Source of the DNA: Eledone cirrhosa
Lineage: Eukaryota
Reading direction: 5' to 3'
Assembly (NCBI GenBank): GCA_964016885.1
Contig: OZ024741.1
Location: 171,554,001 to 171,618,000, forward strand
DNA: 64,000 bases
Of this stretch, positions 23,731 through 37,781 are shown piece after piece (the first letter of the stretch is position 1; each line of letters begins with the position of its first letter). The notes under the pieces are model-generated. The model was not told where the DNA came from. It saw only the letters and a list, made by a program, of their open reading frames with translations, and did no database searches. A program made the position numbers and the translations under genes.

Positions 23731-24201
23731 ATATATGAACAACCATCCGGTTGTGGAACCAGCCAACCAACTGGAAATTTATAAATTTTTAAATGTATAA
23801 TTTAATTTATAATAAATTAGAGTGAAAGCACCTGGTGTGTGTGTTTCTTATTGGGAACATGACCCTCCCAAAGTATAGCAATATGTATATACATACATAT
23901 ATATATATATGTATGTAAATAATCAAAATTAAAGTATAACTGTAGCTGACACTGTACTGTTAAGATTAGATTAATTCTCCACTGCATTACCGATAATCTA
24001 TTCTTAATTGATTTTAGCTAATTAAAATTTAGGATTTGTTTACCTTACCTTTCATCATCAGAAATAATAGTTAAGCTAATGACGCATTCACCTGACATGG
24101 GTTTTAATTTGAATTAATTAAAAATTCTTTGCTCACTACTCAAAGAATGAAGCATTAACTTCACCATTTAGATTTCATGCAGAGCATGTTGCTTGGTATT
24201 A

Positions 24202-24360
24202 TGGCAGTATCGGTAGAGAGTCGGACACGATGCTTTGATGCATAGAGTTACGTCCCTTTACGGTCTGAGTTCAAATCCCGCCGAGGTTAACTTTGCCTTT
24301 CATCCTTACGGGGGTCGATAAAATAAAGTACCAGTAATACACCGGGTAATTGCTGGCCTG
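24202..24360 (+). mobile_element. S1 SINE
   Basis: Homologous to 8251-8430. Confidence 0.85.
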
Positions 24361-24729
24361 TTTTTATATGAATATATAATTGAGTTATCAACTAATGTTA
24401 TATTTTATCTTGTTTAGATTTTTAAAAAATAGAGAGAGAGTGAAGGAGTGAAAAACACTGAGAGAGAGAGGAGGCAGAGTGAAACACTGAAAGAGATATA
24501 CTGAGTGAGAGAAAGAGAGAGAGACAGACAATTGAATATCGATTTAGATTTTATTTTTAGTTAGTGATGGGCAAACATGGGTTGTGTTGTATTTTGTTTT
24601 TCCAAACACTATTTTGAGCAGATATATATAAAGAGAATGTAAAACCAGGGCTTCACTTTTTATTAGTTTTCTCTGCACATTCTGTGTAAAAATATGTAGA
24701 TGTTCATATATATATATATATATATATAT

Positions 24730-25192
24730 GATGATGGCTGCCCCCTCATTATAGAGTATGACCATTGCATGATATACCATTATTAATAATTATTAATTAA
24801 TTATATCGTGCAATGCCTGTGCATGAAGATATTTTTTAAAATGAGGAAAGGCTGTGCACTGAGACAATCCCACTCTCTGAGCGACAGTAGCTATAACCCG
24901 AAAAGAAGAAAAGATCAACATCATCGGTAACTACTGAGCCACAGGTTTTATATCGGAGTTATCCCAGTTTCCTGAGTTGCCTTCTCCTAGAAGAATGCCC
25001 TGACAAAGGCTAGGGGTCCTTCACTCTCCTTCACACTTTTGGATGACCGTTGACTCATGAGTTCTTCCTCCCTTTGTCAGGTTTTGTTTTTTGTCCTGCA
25101 GGGTGTCCAAAATCACCCTCCTCACCAAGTAAACTAGTTGGGGTTGCCAGTTTAGTCGCCGACGACCCGACCATGTGACAGGTTGTACTGGG
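24730..25192 (-). repeat. Interspersed repeat, probably a non-autonomous RTE-related element
   Basis: Minus strand has tctaggagaaggcaactc, similar to RTE 5'-UTR motifs; flanked by (TA)n; homolog at 21095-21500. Confidence 0.45.
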
Positions 25193-25278
25193 TTATATAT
25201 ATATATATATACTGTGTATATATATATATATACACACACACACATGCATATAACATGTATGTATATTTATGTATATGA

Positions 25279-25612
25279 AGGCATGTGTCTTGGTGGTTAG
25301 AGAGATGGCATTGCAATTCTGAGGTTGTGGGTTCAATTCCTGAACTGAGCAATGCATTGTTCTTTTTTTAGCAAGAAACTTTATTTCATGATGGTCCAGT
25401 TCACTCAGCTGTAGAAATGAGTTGTGATGTCACTGGGACCAAACTTTATTGGCCCTGTACCTTTCTCTTGATAACATCGGTGGAATGTTAAGCAGAGACT
25501 GGTATGCATGGGCGACTGCAGCTCTTCCACAAAAACAAATTGACTAGACTTGTGCCCCAGGAGGGGAACTTTCTAAGTGCAAATCCCATTTGGGACCAAG
25601 AGTGCCTTTTAA
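25279..25612 (+). mobile_element. CORE-type SINE S2b (alternative tail)
   Basis: Same tRNA head and CORE-like segment as S2a; tail shared with 60430-60765. Confidence 0.75.
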
Positions 25613-25801
25613 CTCTACATGTGTGTGTGGGGGGGGGGTTCCTCTGTTTGTAGATTAGATATAAATCTAATACTTTTCTACTAAAAGAGACATACATATA
25701 TATCTTCACAAAATATTTTCTTTCAAAAGATAACACCAAAAATATTTTCTTGAAATTTAAACTATTTCATATTTACTGAGTCACATGAAAGATTTTACAT
25801 T

Positions 25802-26495
25802 TAATAATAATAATGAAAATATTGTGTACAGTGCTCAGGTACACTACAACTCATCAAAAGTGTATGTATAGTACATAGGGTAATGTACAAACAACAGGAA
25901 AATGAACAGTGCATGAGTCATGATATACACATGTGTGCGTATGTATGGAAAGGGGACATCAGGTGTAGTTTTGGCGAATTTCAGGAAGCATGAGAGTTTT
26001 AAAGGATCCAGTCTCTTGGCAGCTAACAACTGACACAGGCAGTTTGTTCCATGCTTCAGCAACTCTAAGCGTGAAAAAATGCTTCCGAAAGTCATGGGAG
26101 TTGTGCTGTTTTCTGACTTTGTAGGCATGCCCACGTGTGTTAGACACATGGAGATCAAAAAGGTGCTCAGGGTTGTTGTTGGCGAGATGGTTAATAACTT
26201 TGTGGGTGTTTACCAAGTCAGTTGCCAGACGTTGGAGCTTCAATGAATCCATGCCCAGGGAAGCAAGGCGTTCAGAGTATGGTAGGTGTCTGATGGAGGG
26301 TATGTGCTTGGTTGCACGTCTCTGAACAGTTTCCAGGACGTCAATGTTCTGAGCAAGATAGGGGTTCCAGACTGATGATGCGAATTCCAAGTGTGGTCGT
26401 ACCATAGCTGTATACGGCTTTAAATAGATAGCTGAAGAGCGGCTAACAAAGGTCTTGATGAGTGATGCCAAGACACCCTCGGCCTTCTTGACATT
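25802..26495 (-). mobile_element. CR1-clade LINE 3' end
   Basis: ORF 25959-26471: VRPHLEFASSVWNP, LETVQRRATK, YSERL, TRGH..K, R.HFF..RV...WN.LP; (ATT)n tail. Confidence 0.9.
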
Positions 26496-26499
26496 TCTT

Positions 26500-27580
26500 T
26501 TTAATGTTCTACTTGCGATATTAATTTCTAGAAACGAAGGTTAGTGGGAACATGATCCAAGATAATTGTACTTCTCCACCTGCTTCAGTGGAATTCATTC
26601 ATATGTAGAGAGCACTGAGAAGGCTCTCTTAAGAGAATGAGGGTCTCAGTCTTTGCAGCACTGTCTTTCATTCCTGCTGTGCAACACTCGACAGCAAACC
26701 TTTATTATATATATTGGGGTTCACATTCTGATGATTTAAGTATTACCATGTCATCTGCAAATTCCAGCTGAATTGATTTTACTCTATCAGTATTGATACC
26801 ACTTCCAAATCAGCAGTGCATGTCACCTCTTCTGTTCATGAAGATTATGAACAGGAGAGGTGACAGTACACACCATTGGCAGAGTCCGATACCCACATTG
26901 AATGGTTTTAACTTACCAAATAAATACTAGGGCATTCATATAGAGACTCCAGGGCAACAAGATGTCCATCAATACCATACTCCTGCAGAATCCTCCACAG
27001 CAGATCCTGTAGATGCCTTTTCATCACACACTAGAATTTCAGGAGCTGGTGTAATAATGCACCAGCTTCAGCATTGGGTCATCAAAAAAAGGGAGGTAGG
27101 TGTAAAAGCCAAACTTGCTATCATCAAGTCGATATTCATGCCAACTCTTACCTATGGTCATGAATCTTGGGTAATGACTGAAAAAATACGATCGCAAATA
27201 TAAACAGCCAAAATGGCATTTCTCGAAGGAGTGTTTGGAGTAACATTCCTTGACAATGCATAGCTCAGAGATCAGGGAGTCACTCCAGGTAGAGCTGCAA
27301 CTTCTCCAAATTGAGAGATCACAGCTCCAATATGGACATCTGATCAGAATATTTAAGGAATGTATCACTGGATAAATTTTATGGGTAAAACCAACCAGCA
27401 GGTAACCTAGGAGTAGACGTCAAGCAGGATGGTTAGATAACATTATTTAGCTTGGCTGGTCACACTTGGAAATCAAGCCAAATCAATTGGAGACATTTGC
27501 TTCTGAAAGGACTTGCCTGAAGGCAAGCTAGATTACCCTAGGCCCACGACCCTCCCAAAAATAAGTGGGCAAAGAAGAAT
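26500..27580. mobile_element. Decayed Expander/RTE-like LINE with inverted 5' half
   Basis: Minus 26500-27035: LWRILQEYGI, CVLSPLLFIIFM, FADD, QVEKYNYLG. Plus 27041-27580: KAKLAI.KSIF.PTLTYGHESWVMT. Confidence 0.75.
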
Positions 27581-29033
27581 GGCAGTGTTACTGTTATTGC
27601 TCAGGTCATCAGAAATATCCATGTTATATTAGAAAATGGTATATTAGACGTGTTATGTTTTCCTGTATAATCAGTGGGAAGTCCAGCACTCATGACTTTT
27701 TCTGAGTTTCCATGTCTCATGGGTGTGCAGAAGGAAGGTATCCTAAAACCCGACATCTGGGCTGAATGCTTGCTGGAGAGTGAAATCTGCTGAAGTTATC
27801 CAAATATTTGGTGATGTTGTTAATTCCTTTGAAACTAAACTGCCTAAAATTTGGTTTTGTGATAAACTATTTCAAAGTATTCATATCTAAATTTAAAACA
27901 CAAATCATAATGTTATATAAGAGCTTTGTTGTCAAGTTCTAAACATCAGCTACTTGATTATTTTCAAAGTTAATTGAAACACATTCAATATATATCATGA
28001 GATATGATATATATTGAATATGCTTCAATTAATTCACAATTCAAAGAGCCAAAATAAATATTACAGCATATATTGTCTGACATGCTAACAATTTCAGTAA
28101 TGTTCCACCATGATACTTTGTTTTAACTACCCTCAAAAGGATAAAGGACTTCAGCAAATTTGAACTCAAAGTAGAGAGCTGGAGCAAATACTGAGCAAAT
28201 GCTTTATGCTCTAATATAATATCTAAGCCAAGTCACCACACATAATGCCCAACATATCTTAAAAAGACTACCTGGAATGTCTTCCATCATAGTTCTCTTC
28301 AACAATAGTAGCAACAACAACAATATTTGGGGCACACATTGATATATTTGTTTATTTAATACTTACACTGACAATCCCATCTTCCCAAATATTAATATTT
28401 TGTATTGTATTATATGTAACATATACATCAATGAGTCTAGTGTGAATTTAACCCCAGGTCATCCCTTATCAACACATGTGTTATCAAAATCATTCAGTCA
28501 TGGACATTATGTCTTTTATTTCCATTCATAGTGTGTCAAAAACTACAGTATCATAAGGTGAAATTTTTAAGATAGAAAAAATATATATAAGAGATATTTA
28601 GCAGGTATTTCTATCAGCATGTTATTATTCTTGTTGTTATTTAGTCCCATGTTGGCCCCAATCAAGCATTCAAGCTGTGACCATACAAGCCTTTTCCTAT
28701 GAACAGGATACGTACAAATATATTATCTAGCATATCCTTTTCTAAGAGAGATCTGGGTCCTATTTCTAACACTTATGCCATTTGGTCAAACCTTTAGGCT
28801 AAGCAATAATAATGGTTTCCGATTTAGGCACAAGGCCAACAATTATGGGGGAAAGGAAAGTTGATAAATTGACCCCAATGCGTTACTGGTACTTTATTTA
28901 TCAACCCCATAAGGATGAAAGGCAGAGCTATCCTCTGCAGGATTTGAAATTAGAACATAAAGATCCACAACTCTAAGGCACAAAACAGGTTGTCCGACGA
29001 TCTACTAATACTCCAAATCCAACACCCTAGACT

Positions 29034-29073
<40 letters not shown>

Positions 29074-29123
29074 TCATCATCATCATCATCATACGTCCGC
29101 TCTTCCCTGCTCGCAAGGGTGGG

Positions 29124-29190
<67 letters not shown>

Positions 29191-29209
29191 TATAATATAT
29201 GAGATAAAG

Positions 29210-29475
29210 AGGGTGATGTGTTGTTTCCTTGAGCAGGACACTTTATTTCACATTGCTCCAGTTTACTCAGCTGTAGAAATGAGATGATAGGGACTGGGGT
29301 CCATATCATTCCACTGTAAAGTGGGCGGGGAGGTGCCATGTCAAAAAAGTACCCAGCACTCACTATAAATGAGGTTGGTGTTAGGAAGGGCATGCAGCTG
29401 TAGAAATAAGCCAGAATCAGTTCCCGTCCCACCCTTGCAATCAGGGAAAAAGCGGACGTAAAATGAAATGATGAT
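29210..29475 (+). mobile_element. CORE-type SINE S2a (head truncated)
   Basis: Homologous to 51905-52246. Confidence 0.8.
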
Positions 29476-29858
29476 ATATATATGGCTGGGATATTACTAT
29501 TTTTACCTCTTTTATTTTATTTTATTTTGGGGATTTTTTTTTGTTATTTTTTCTTTTCCTCAAAGTTACTTAAATTTGTATGGCATTTGTTATAATTGCA
29601 ACAGCTTGATAATGCTTCCTGCTACATGATGTTGAACATGTTTACTATTATTACCGTACACAGTATAAACTGATGCTCAATAGAAAGGAAACCCTTTGAT
29701 GATCATTTGTGACAGCTGTTAATTATGAATATCATGTTATAGTAGTAATTATAGCTATTAATTGTGAGTGTAATAGTGGTGGTGGTGATGGGAGCAGTAG
29801 TAGTTGTATATTACTCTGAACTGAGGGGCTCTCTATAGGGTGTCTGAACCTACTAGAA

Positions 29859-30017
29859 CAAGAGTAGCAACATATGGGCTATAAGGTTCTTTATGTGGGC
29901 CTAGGACCTTTAGACATTTTTTAATGTAAGATAGTATATGTACATGTGTACAATATGCAAAACTAAAAAAAAATAATTTTGAATTAAGCCATTACAAAAA
30001 GATGTTGCTGATCACTG
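29859..30017. mobile_element. Old hAT-type MITE
   Basis: Near-TSD tactagaa / tgctagaa; degenerate TIR ..agcaacat / atgttgctgatcactg. Confidence 0.4.
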
Positions 30018-30173
30018 TGCTAGAACTAACAGTTGTATCCCTAAAGACCTGCCAACTTGATAAAGAAGATATACTCTAGATAATAGATTGTTGTCCCTCT
30101 GAGAAATAGTTCAAGTTATAGACAGTGAAGTTACATATGTTCCATTTATTCACATAACAAAAATAGCAATTCT

Positions 30174-30205
<32 letters not shown>

Positions 30206-32248
30206 CCACAACAACAAAACAGTATCAAAGCTCATTTTTCTTCTTTCTTAAAATCATATCCTACTTTTATTACCCAATTGGAAGGTTTCAAGTTTTCCCC
30301 TTTTATTAGCAACTTGAGCCCTACGTAGTGTTATTGTAATTAGCAGAATTATCATTTCTTGTAATTAGTTTGATAAATACTTGTATATACTGGTAAATAC
30401 TCAGGAGTGGGGGTGGTGACTAGCTGCATTAATGGTGATTCGATAAGTAGCCTGACTTTTAATTCCTTGAACAATATAGAATTTGGACTCTGTTGACATA
30501 GCAATGACCAAATTCCTTCAGCATGATAAAGACATTTTTTTAGTCATAAACATTGGTTTCAGCTTTTTCCCTTCTCTCAATCATGATATTGTTCACAATA
30601 TTACATATATGTTGTGTTTACATTATATTTTGAATAGTTTAATCCTTAAATCCTTATTAAATATCTTCCTGAATATGTATTTTATCCCAACCTGAAATAG
30701 AATGAGGAATCTTTGTTTCTAAACAATTGAATAGTCATAAGTTATCAAACATTTTACCTTTCTCAAATGTTTATTTAACATTCTAAGCACCAATATGAGA
30801 GAGCATAAGAACTACAACCCCTGTTGGAATCATTAGGTACACTGCCTGTCTTCCATCTCAAATTAGCGCTTATGTAATTTTAACCCTTTAGCATTCACAT
30901 TATTTTATATATACTATTATATTTTCATGGTAAAGGCTTTACCTCACATAATTATCTCACATAATATCGAATCTATGAGATTTTGAAAGTATTTATTTTG
31001 AGAACAATACCTTAACATGGGTTTGAGCGATCAGTTACAGCCAGTTTCAACAGAAAGAGGGTGAGAATTCTGGCCGGTTTTAGCCGGTTTGAACACTAAA
31101 AGGTTAAAGAGTAAAATTTGGAGTCCTAAGAAACTGTTGATCGTCTGCACCAGAAACAATTGGCCCAGGGGAGAAGTCTTTTTCTTAGATAGGAGAAATG
31201 GGGAGGAGGGAAGAATCTGTCAAAACCAGAGACCTGGCTCAAATGTTTGAAACAGAGGTCTTCACTAGAAGTAACCAAGGGCCAGGTGATGGTGTTAAAC
31301 TTAGCATTAGATCAAGTCTACCATCCAAGTGGATTATGACAGAATGTAAACAATCAGAATATATACCATAAAGCTTCCCATCTGACACTAACAATTCTGC
31401 CAGTACTTTATTCATCAACACATAACAGGATAAAAGACAAACTTGATCTCTTCTAGAAAAGTCAGATCCATTTGATTGCAATGTGGAGTGAAGAATCTAA
31501 TATTTGAAGACACCATTTTTCTTCTGAGATTGAAGAAGGAAGAAAAATAATGTGACATTTGAGTTTTGCTGAAAGTTACTAAATGCCAAATTAGCATCAG
31601 CATTTTCTCTCCAGCTTCCTCATTATTAGACAATGGACAAGAGACTGAAATGTTAGATTCTTCACTCCGCACAGAAATTGAACTCATTACATGTACTCTC
31701 ATTTTAAAAGAGAAGTTTTACTGCAAATCATTTGCTTAGGAAAACATACACTAATGTCCTGTGAGAAGTAGCAGTCAAATCACCCTCAAATTGCACCACA
31801 TCATCATTATTAACATTGACATCATCATCATTGTCAATATTTTTACATCCCTTTTTCTATACTTTTTATGGCAGTGATTTATTACTGTATGCCCTTCCTG
31901 GTGTAAATGCTACTAGTTGCTTTTTGCAACACACATAGATATGGGGGACCTTTTCTAAAAACTGGGTAATGAAAAGATGCTCGATCTTTAAAAAAACAAA
32001 ATAAGAGCACACATCAGATATTGCTGACCAAGGAATAACATACTTGAAAAGAGTCTTACTATTCATGATTGAAAGGACTTTGACCATTGGTTGTCTCAAT
32101 CAAGACTAATCTTTAGTTAAACAATAGGAAAATGCATCTTTTATTACTAGTTGAGTCTGTTTAATTTTAATTTTGTTTTCATACTCTTTCAGAAAAAAAC
32201 AATGTAAACAATAATTATCAATGAATATAATTTTCTTTTCTCTTATAG

Positions 32249-32311
32249 AAATGGACTTATTTAACAGGAGAACACACTTACAAAAGGTTAAATGACTTAT
32301 TGGATTTACAG
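32249..32311 (+). CDS. Candidate 63-nt internal exon of an unknown gene (KWTYLTGEHTYKRLNDLLDLQ)
   Basis: Acceptor ttttcttttctcttatag, donor CAG|gtaaat, open frame, repeat-poor surroundings; no homology recognised. Confidence 0.3.
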
Positions 32312-33289
32312 GTAAATATTTTCATTTTCATTTTCGAAATGGAACTTGGTGTAGTTTATACTGAAGGGGAATAAATATAGGATCCTACTTGAACTAAAGT
32401 TGATGAAACTGAAGCAGTTATATCATGAAAACAACATTCTAGCCATTAAAAAAAACACACAAAATCTGTTCTATTTATTCTAAATTTACTCATGAGGTGC
32501 CAAAGATTCCATCATACTTATGTGATTTAGTGTCGGTAATAAGGTGACAGAAGTACAACAAAGATTTAGACATCTCAAATGAAACAAGAAGTAAATATAA
32601 ACGTTTTTGTGTATGTTTTTTTTAACAGCTAAAAAACACTTTCACGCTATAATAAGTATGGATCTATTGAAAAATCGCCATAACTAGATTTTGAAAAAAC
32701 AATAAATGGAAATTATCTGAGTATCTATACTACAAAATAGTTGGTACTATAGTTCACTTTCTGGAAATCTGTATTTGCAATGTGGTTTCAGTTGTTGGTT
32801 GAATCATTTCACTTGACTAGTAACTCATACCCTTCTTTCTATTATATTTTTATGGCTAGGTCAAATTGGGAAGTTCAACACCCATGACCTTTTAGTAAGT
32901 CCTGTAAGACTAGTACAAGAAAGGGAACTAATTGTTCTCAGGCTAAATTATTGGTCTGAATGCTTGCAACAGAGTGGACTCTACTAAATGCATCTAAGGA
33001 CCAAATGGTTTTGGTTAACCAGAGCAAGAGATTAATTCTATCACTCAAAGTAGATATCCTACATTCTCAATGCACACTTCACATTTCTTGGAAAGTAACA
33101 TTAACAAAACTGAAGAATGTCTCATTGACAATGTTCAGCGAACATTAAGGAATTTTCATATTATCTTATGCAAATGTCATACATTAAAAAATATATGTTT
33201 TGATAAGCTAGATTTCAACAAAGGATAGCTACAACTTTACTAAGTATCTAGTACATGTACAACCATTATTTTTATTACAAAGTAAAGTA

Positions 33290-34575
33290 GAAACAATTAT
33301 TATTATTGCAGTGAATTGGCAGAATCAGTAGAGCATCAGACACCATGCTTTGCAGCATAGAGTTATGGCTCTATACCTTTTGAGTTCAAATCCTGCCAAG
33401 GTTAATTTGCCTTTCTTCCTTATGGGGTCAATAAAATAAAGCACCAGTAATGCACTGGGATAATTGCTGGCCTTGTGCCAAAAGAAGAAACAATTTTTTT
33501 TATTACTGCAAGGAAACGAGCAGTGGATTGGCAGAATCGCTAAAGAGTTGGACACCAAGCTTTACAGCGTAGAGTTACGGCCCTTTATGTTCTGAGTTCA
33601 AATCCCACCAAGTTTAGCTTTGCCTTTCATCCTTATGGGATTGATAAAATAAAACACCAGTAATGTACTAGGGTTGATTTAATCAAGTTTCCCTTTCCCA
33701 AAATATTGTTGGCCTTGTGCCCCAATCAGAAACTATTATTACTGCAAATACCAGTAATGTATTGGGTAATTGCTGGCCTTGTGCCTAAAATAGAAACAAT
33801 TATTACTGCAAGGAAAAGCTGGTTAGGTTGCCAGAACTGTTAATGAGTCAGACAAAATACTTTGCATTTGTTCTGGCTCTTTAATTCTCCCTTCAAATCC
33901 TGCTGAGGTCAACTTTGTGTTTCATCCATCTGAGGTTAATAAAAGAAAGTAAAAGTAAAGAGGTAGAATTGACGTAATCGACTTCGTCATCACCCCAACA
34001 TTTCTGGCTTTGTGCCTATATTATAAATCATTATTTCTGCAGGAACAGTAGATTAGCAGAATCATAAAGTGCTGGACAAAATGTCTTGAGTATTTGTTCA
34101 ACTTACTACATTCCGTGTTCAAATACTATCAAAGGCAACTTTGCATTTCATTTCCCTGGACTCAATAAAATAAAGTACCTGAGAAATACTGGATTGATAT
34201 AATTGACTAAAGGCCATCCCTCTAAATTTCTGGCTGGGTACCAGTGCTAGAACTTATCATTACTATGGTTTTATGTTTTTTTAATTCATCAAGTATTAAT
34301 GGCAATTACTGGTTGAATTATCAACAATGATTACATTTCAGGAGGAGGGTTGGTAGAATCATTAGAACATTGAATTGAATATCTTGAGGTTTTTGTTTTG
34401 GCTCTCTATGCTGTTATTTCAAATTTCACAGCTCAACTTTACCTTTCATCATTTCAGTGTTGACAAATAAACTAAGAGTCCAGCATGGTAAAATAGCATA
34501 ATTGTAATAACAACAAATAAGATACTTTTTGGTATCTGGTTCAGATCTGTGAATTCTGAGTTCAAATTCTGCATC
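33290..34575 (+). repeat. Head-to-tail cluster of about 7 S1-type SINEs and fragments
   Basis: Repeated ggcagaatc...gttcaaat...ttgtgcc..agaaacaattattactgca units. Confidence 0.8.
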
Positions 34576-35692
34576 CTACCACTAGGCATCATGGTTACAT
34601 ATTAGAATTAGAGCTCCTAAAAATAAAACACCCAGATGTCTTCCTAAGGAATGCACCCTCAAAGAATGCCAGCTAATCTTCCACAGGTGTGAGCCATAGC
34701 AACAGCAAACAATTGTGTTTGTCTCTTTGAATTACATAAGGTGGTCAGTGAGTGCTTCTTTATTTAGGGTAAAAATTTCATTACAAAGCTGTATATGGTT
34801 TCTTTTCTCTCACCACCACATGTAATCACACACACACTCACACGTGCACATGTGCACACACACACACACATGGGTTATGAAGGTTTTAGGAAATCTAGCT
34901 GTGCAATGTTAGCATATGTGAATGATGAGAAAGGACAACTTAACTGAGAAAAGTTGGGTTTTAGAGGAATAGAATGTAGCATGCAAGCAAGATGATTGCA
35001 CTGGTGAGGTCATGTTAGATGTAAGAAGAGAGTTGTATAAAGACATGTTGAGTTCTTGAAATGGATAGAACTTGTGGAAGAGGGAGGCCAAGAAACACAT
35101 GATGTTGTGAAGAATGACCTCAAGAAACTGAACCTTACAAAGATGATTCAAAACCAAACTGACTGGTAATATGTCATAATATAAGAAAAAAAAACTCAAA
35201 AGTGATGAAACGGAGTCATTATAAGGTTTAAGAGTACACTTCAGTCTGGATGCACAGGTCAGAATATCTCTTATGCCACACCAAAATGCACCCAGTACAC
35301 TTTGTAAAATGATAGTGCTGGTACCATGAAAAAAATGCGCCCAGTACACTCTATATGGTGGTTGGCATTAGGATAGGCATCCAGCTGTAGATACCATGCC
35401 AAATATAAACATATGAGCAGAATGAAGATGCTTTGATCTGTATACTCAAGGACCCATGACAATACATCCAACTTATGCCAGTGTAGTCAACAGATATAAA
35501 ATAATGATGTGCATATGTATGTATGTATGCATGCATGTATGTATGTATGCATGTATGTATGCACTGAGGTAGAAACTAGGTTTAAGAGGAATCTGAAGCA
35601 GTGTGCAAGAGAGGAGACTACATTGGTATGGACATGTGATGTGCATGGATGATGGTCAATAGCTGAAGAAGTGTCAAGAAATTCCAGTGGTA

Positions 35693-37781
35693 TGAAGCTG
35701 CAGTTGTGGTCTTCCCTAGTCTTGACTAAGGAAGTAGTATCCAGCTGTATGACTGTAATTCATCTGTTTTCAACTGATTCTTGTCTAGTAGTTTACGGCT
35801 GCCGAACAGCTCACATGGACAGCTCGCATTCGACGCGCGCACATCCGCGTGCATCGGTAAGCTAAAACAAGTGATGACGCAAGACCAATGGCAAAACGTG
35901 TTAATACTGCTGTTGTTGCACATCGTGAATTTCTGCCTTCACCGATTCCGCCTCTATGTATTCTTTTTTCGAATTTTAACTTCCCTGATGCCTCCGGTAA
36001 TGAAAATCCCGTCGTGGTTAACTTTGCCTTTCATCCCTACAGGGTCGATAAAATAAAGTACCAGTAATACACTGGGATAATTGCAGGCCTTGTGCCAAAA
36101 GTAGAAACAATTATTTATCATATGGATTTATTGCTTCTCCTCAGAACTGTCAATTACCCATGTGTCTTCTATGCCAGCAAACTTTGAGCAATGAAGCCAC
36201 GAAACCTTCACGCTTGAAATATCATTTTGATTCCAAGCATTCTGACAAAAAAGACAAACCGTTGTCATATTTTTGGCAACTTAAGGCCTCTTTCGAAAAG
36301 CAGAAAACACTGAACACGATGTTTAGGGAAGCAACTGTACAGGAAAATGACGGTATGATTGCGTTGTACAATATTGCATTACTGGTCGCAAAGACCGGGA
36401 AGCCCCACACTATAGGAGAAACATTGCTTCGACCTGTCATTGTGGACTGTAATGCACGAGAAGTCTGACACAATTATCAAGAAAAATTCCACTTAGTAAC
36501 AATACAATTTCTCGACGAATAGATGAAATGGCCACCGATGTCAAACATGAACTCATTCAAATTCTCCAGTGTTCTGAATTTTCTATAAAAGTGGATGAGT
36601 CAACCGTTATAGATAACCATTGTTTGATGATGGTTCATGTTTAATATTTCAATGAATACCTTATGATGCGCTGCAGTTGGTTATCAAGACTGTGAATAAA
36701 CTGAAATCAAATTCCTTGTCTGATTGAATTTTCCGTCAACTGTGTCTCGATAATGATGATGACTTTGTTAGGCTTTTGTACCATACCGAAGTACGATGGC
36801 TGTCAAAGAACAACTGTGTTGGTCGCTTTGTTGAACTGTTTCATGTGATCATATCTTTCTTTGAAAGTACTCATCTGTTGGCTTCAAGTGTGATTTTTTT
36901 TTTTAGCGATATATTCACTAAACTTAATGATTTGATTAAGTTGTTGCAAGGAAAGCAAAAGACTCTTGTCGACTGTAAATCATTTATCACCGCCTTCATT
37001 TCAAAATTGGTCCTGTATAAAATAAACATTTCCAAACGTCAATTGCATCAATTTCCAATTGTTACCTATTGTGACTATCTACAATCATTGCATGATGACA
37101 TGGTGGAGTGATTTCAAGATGTTATTACATTGAATATTCCAAATTGGTATAGAAATCCATTTGAAGTCCAAGCAGTCTATTGTGAGGACGACGTTCAGGA
37201 GGAGATAATTGAATTGCAAAATGATAATGAGGCCACAATGCGATATCGGCTTCATGGCAAAGAAGGCTTGTGGTATCATCAAAGTATATTGAATTCTTAC
37301 CCCAACCTATGGAAGCATTTGAAATTAATTTTGCTTGCCTTCCCAACGTCGTACTTGGTCGAATCTGGTTTCAGTCACGTTGGTACTTTACTTTCTAAAA
37401 GCAGAAGTGGACAGGGTGTAGCCAAACGAGGAGACATGCGATTAAAATTGACAAGTTTGCAACCAAATGTGTCTGCACTAGCTGCGTCACATCAGCCTCA
37501 AGGATCACACTGAAAACTAAACATTGTGAGTTTGTTGAACATTTTTCAATTTTGTTTCATTGAGAAACATTTAGCAATCAAAAACTTCATTCTTCGGAAT
37601 AACATTTCAACTCCGAATGCCCAATTTGCAATATTTCATCTGAATAAATATTTCATTTTTTAAGCAACCGTTCTGAATAATGCTTTATTTTTGCCTCCTT
37701 AAAATTACTGCACAGGTGGGCGATGGGAATTTTTGTGTGTGCAAAAATGGGTGATAACGACAAAAAGGTTGAGAACCCCTG
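35693..37781 (+). mobile_element. Buster-type hAT DNA transposon, decayed, left TIR lost
   Basis: Right TIR aaaggttgagaacccctg followed by tggtagac (nnnTAnnn); partial left TSD tggta at 35688-35692; inserted in an RTE relic; S1 SINE nested at ~36003-36113. Confidence 0.85.
36121..37513 (+). pseudogene. hAT/Buster transposase (ZBED5/SCAND3-like family) with frameshifts and an internal deletion
   Basis: YGF..P.CLLC..L.NEA.KPS.LK.H....H (BED finger), KPHTIGETL, PLSNNTISRRI, DEST, HTEVRWLS, FPTSYLVESGFS, C-terminal HQPQGSH*. Confidence 0.9.
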
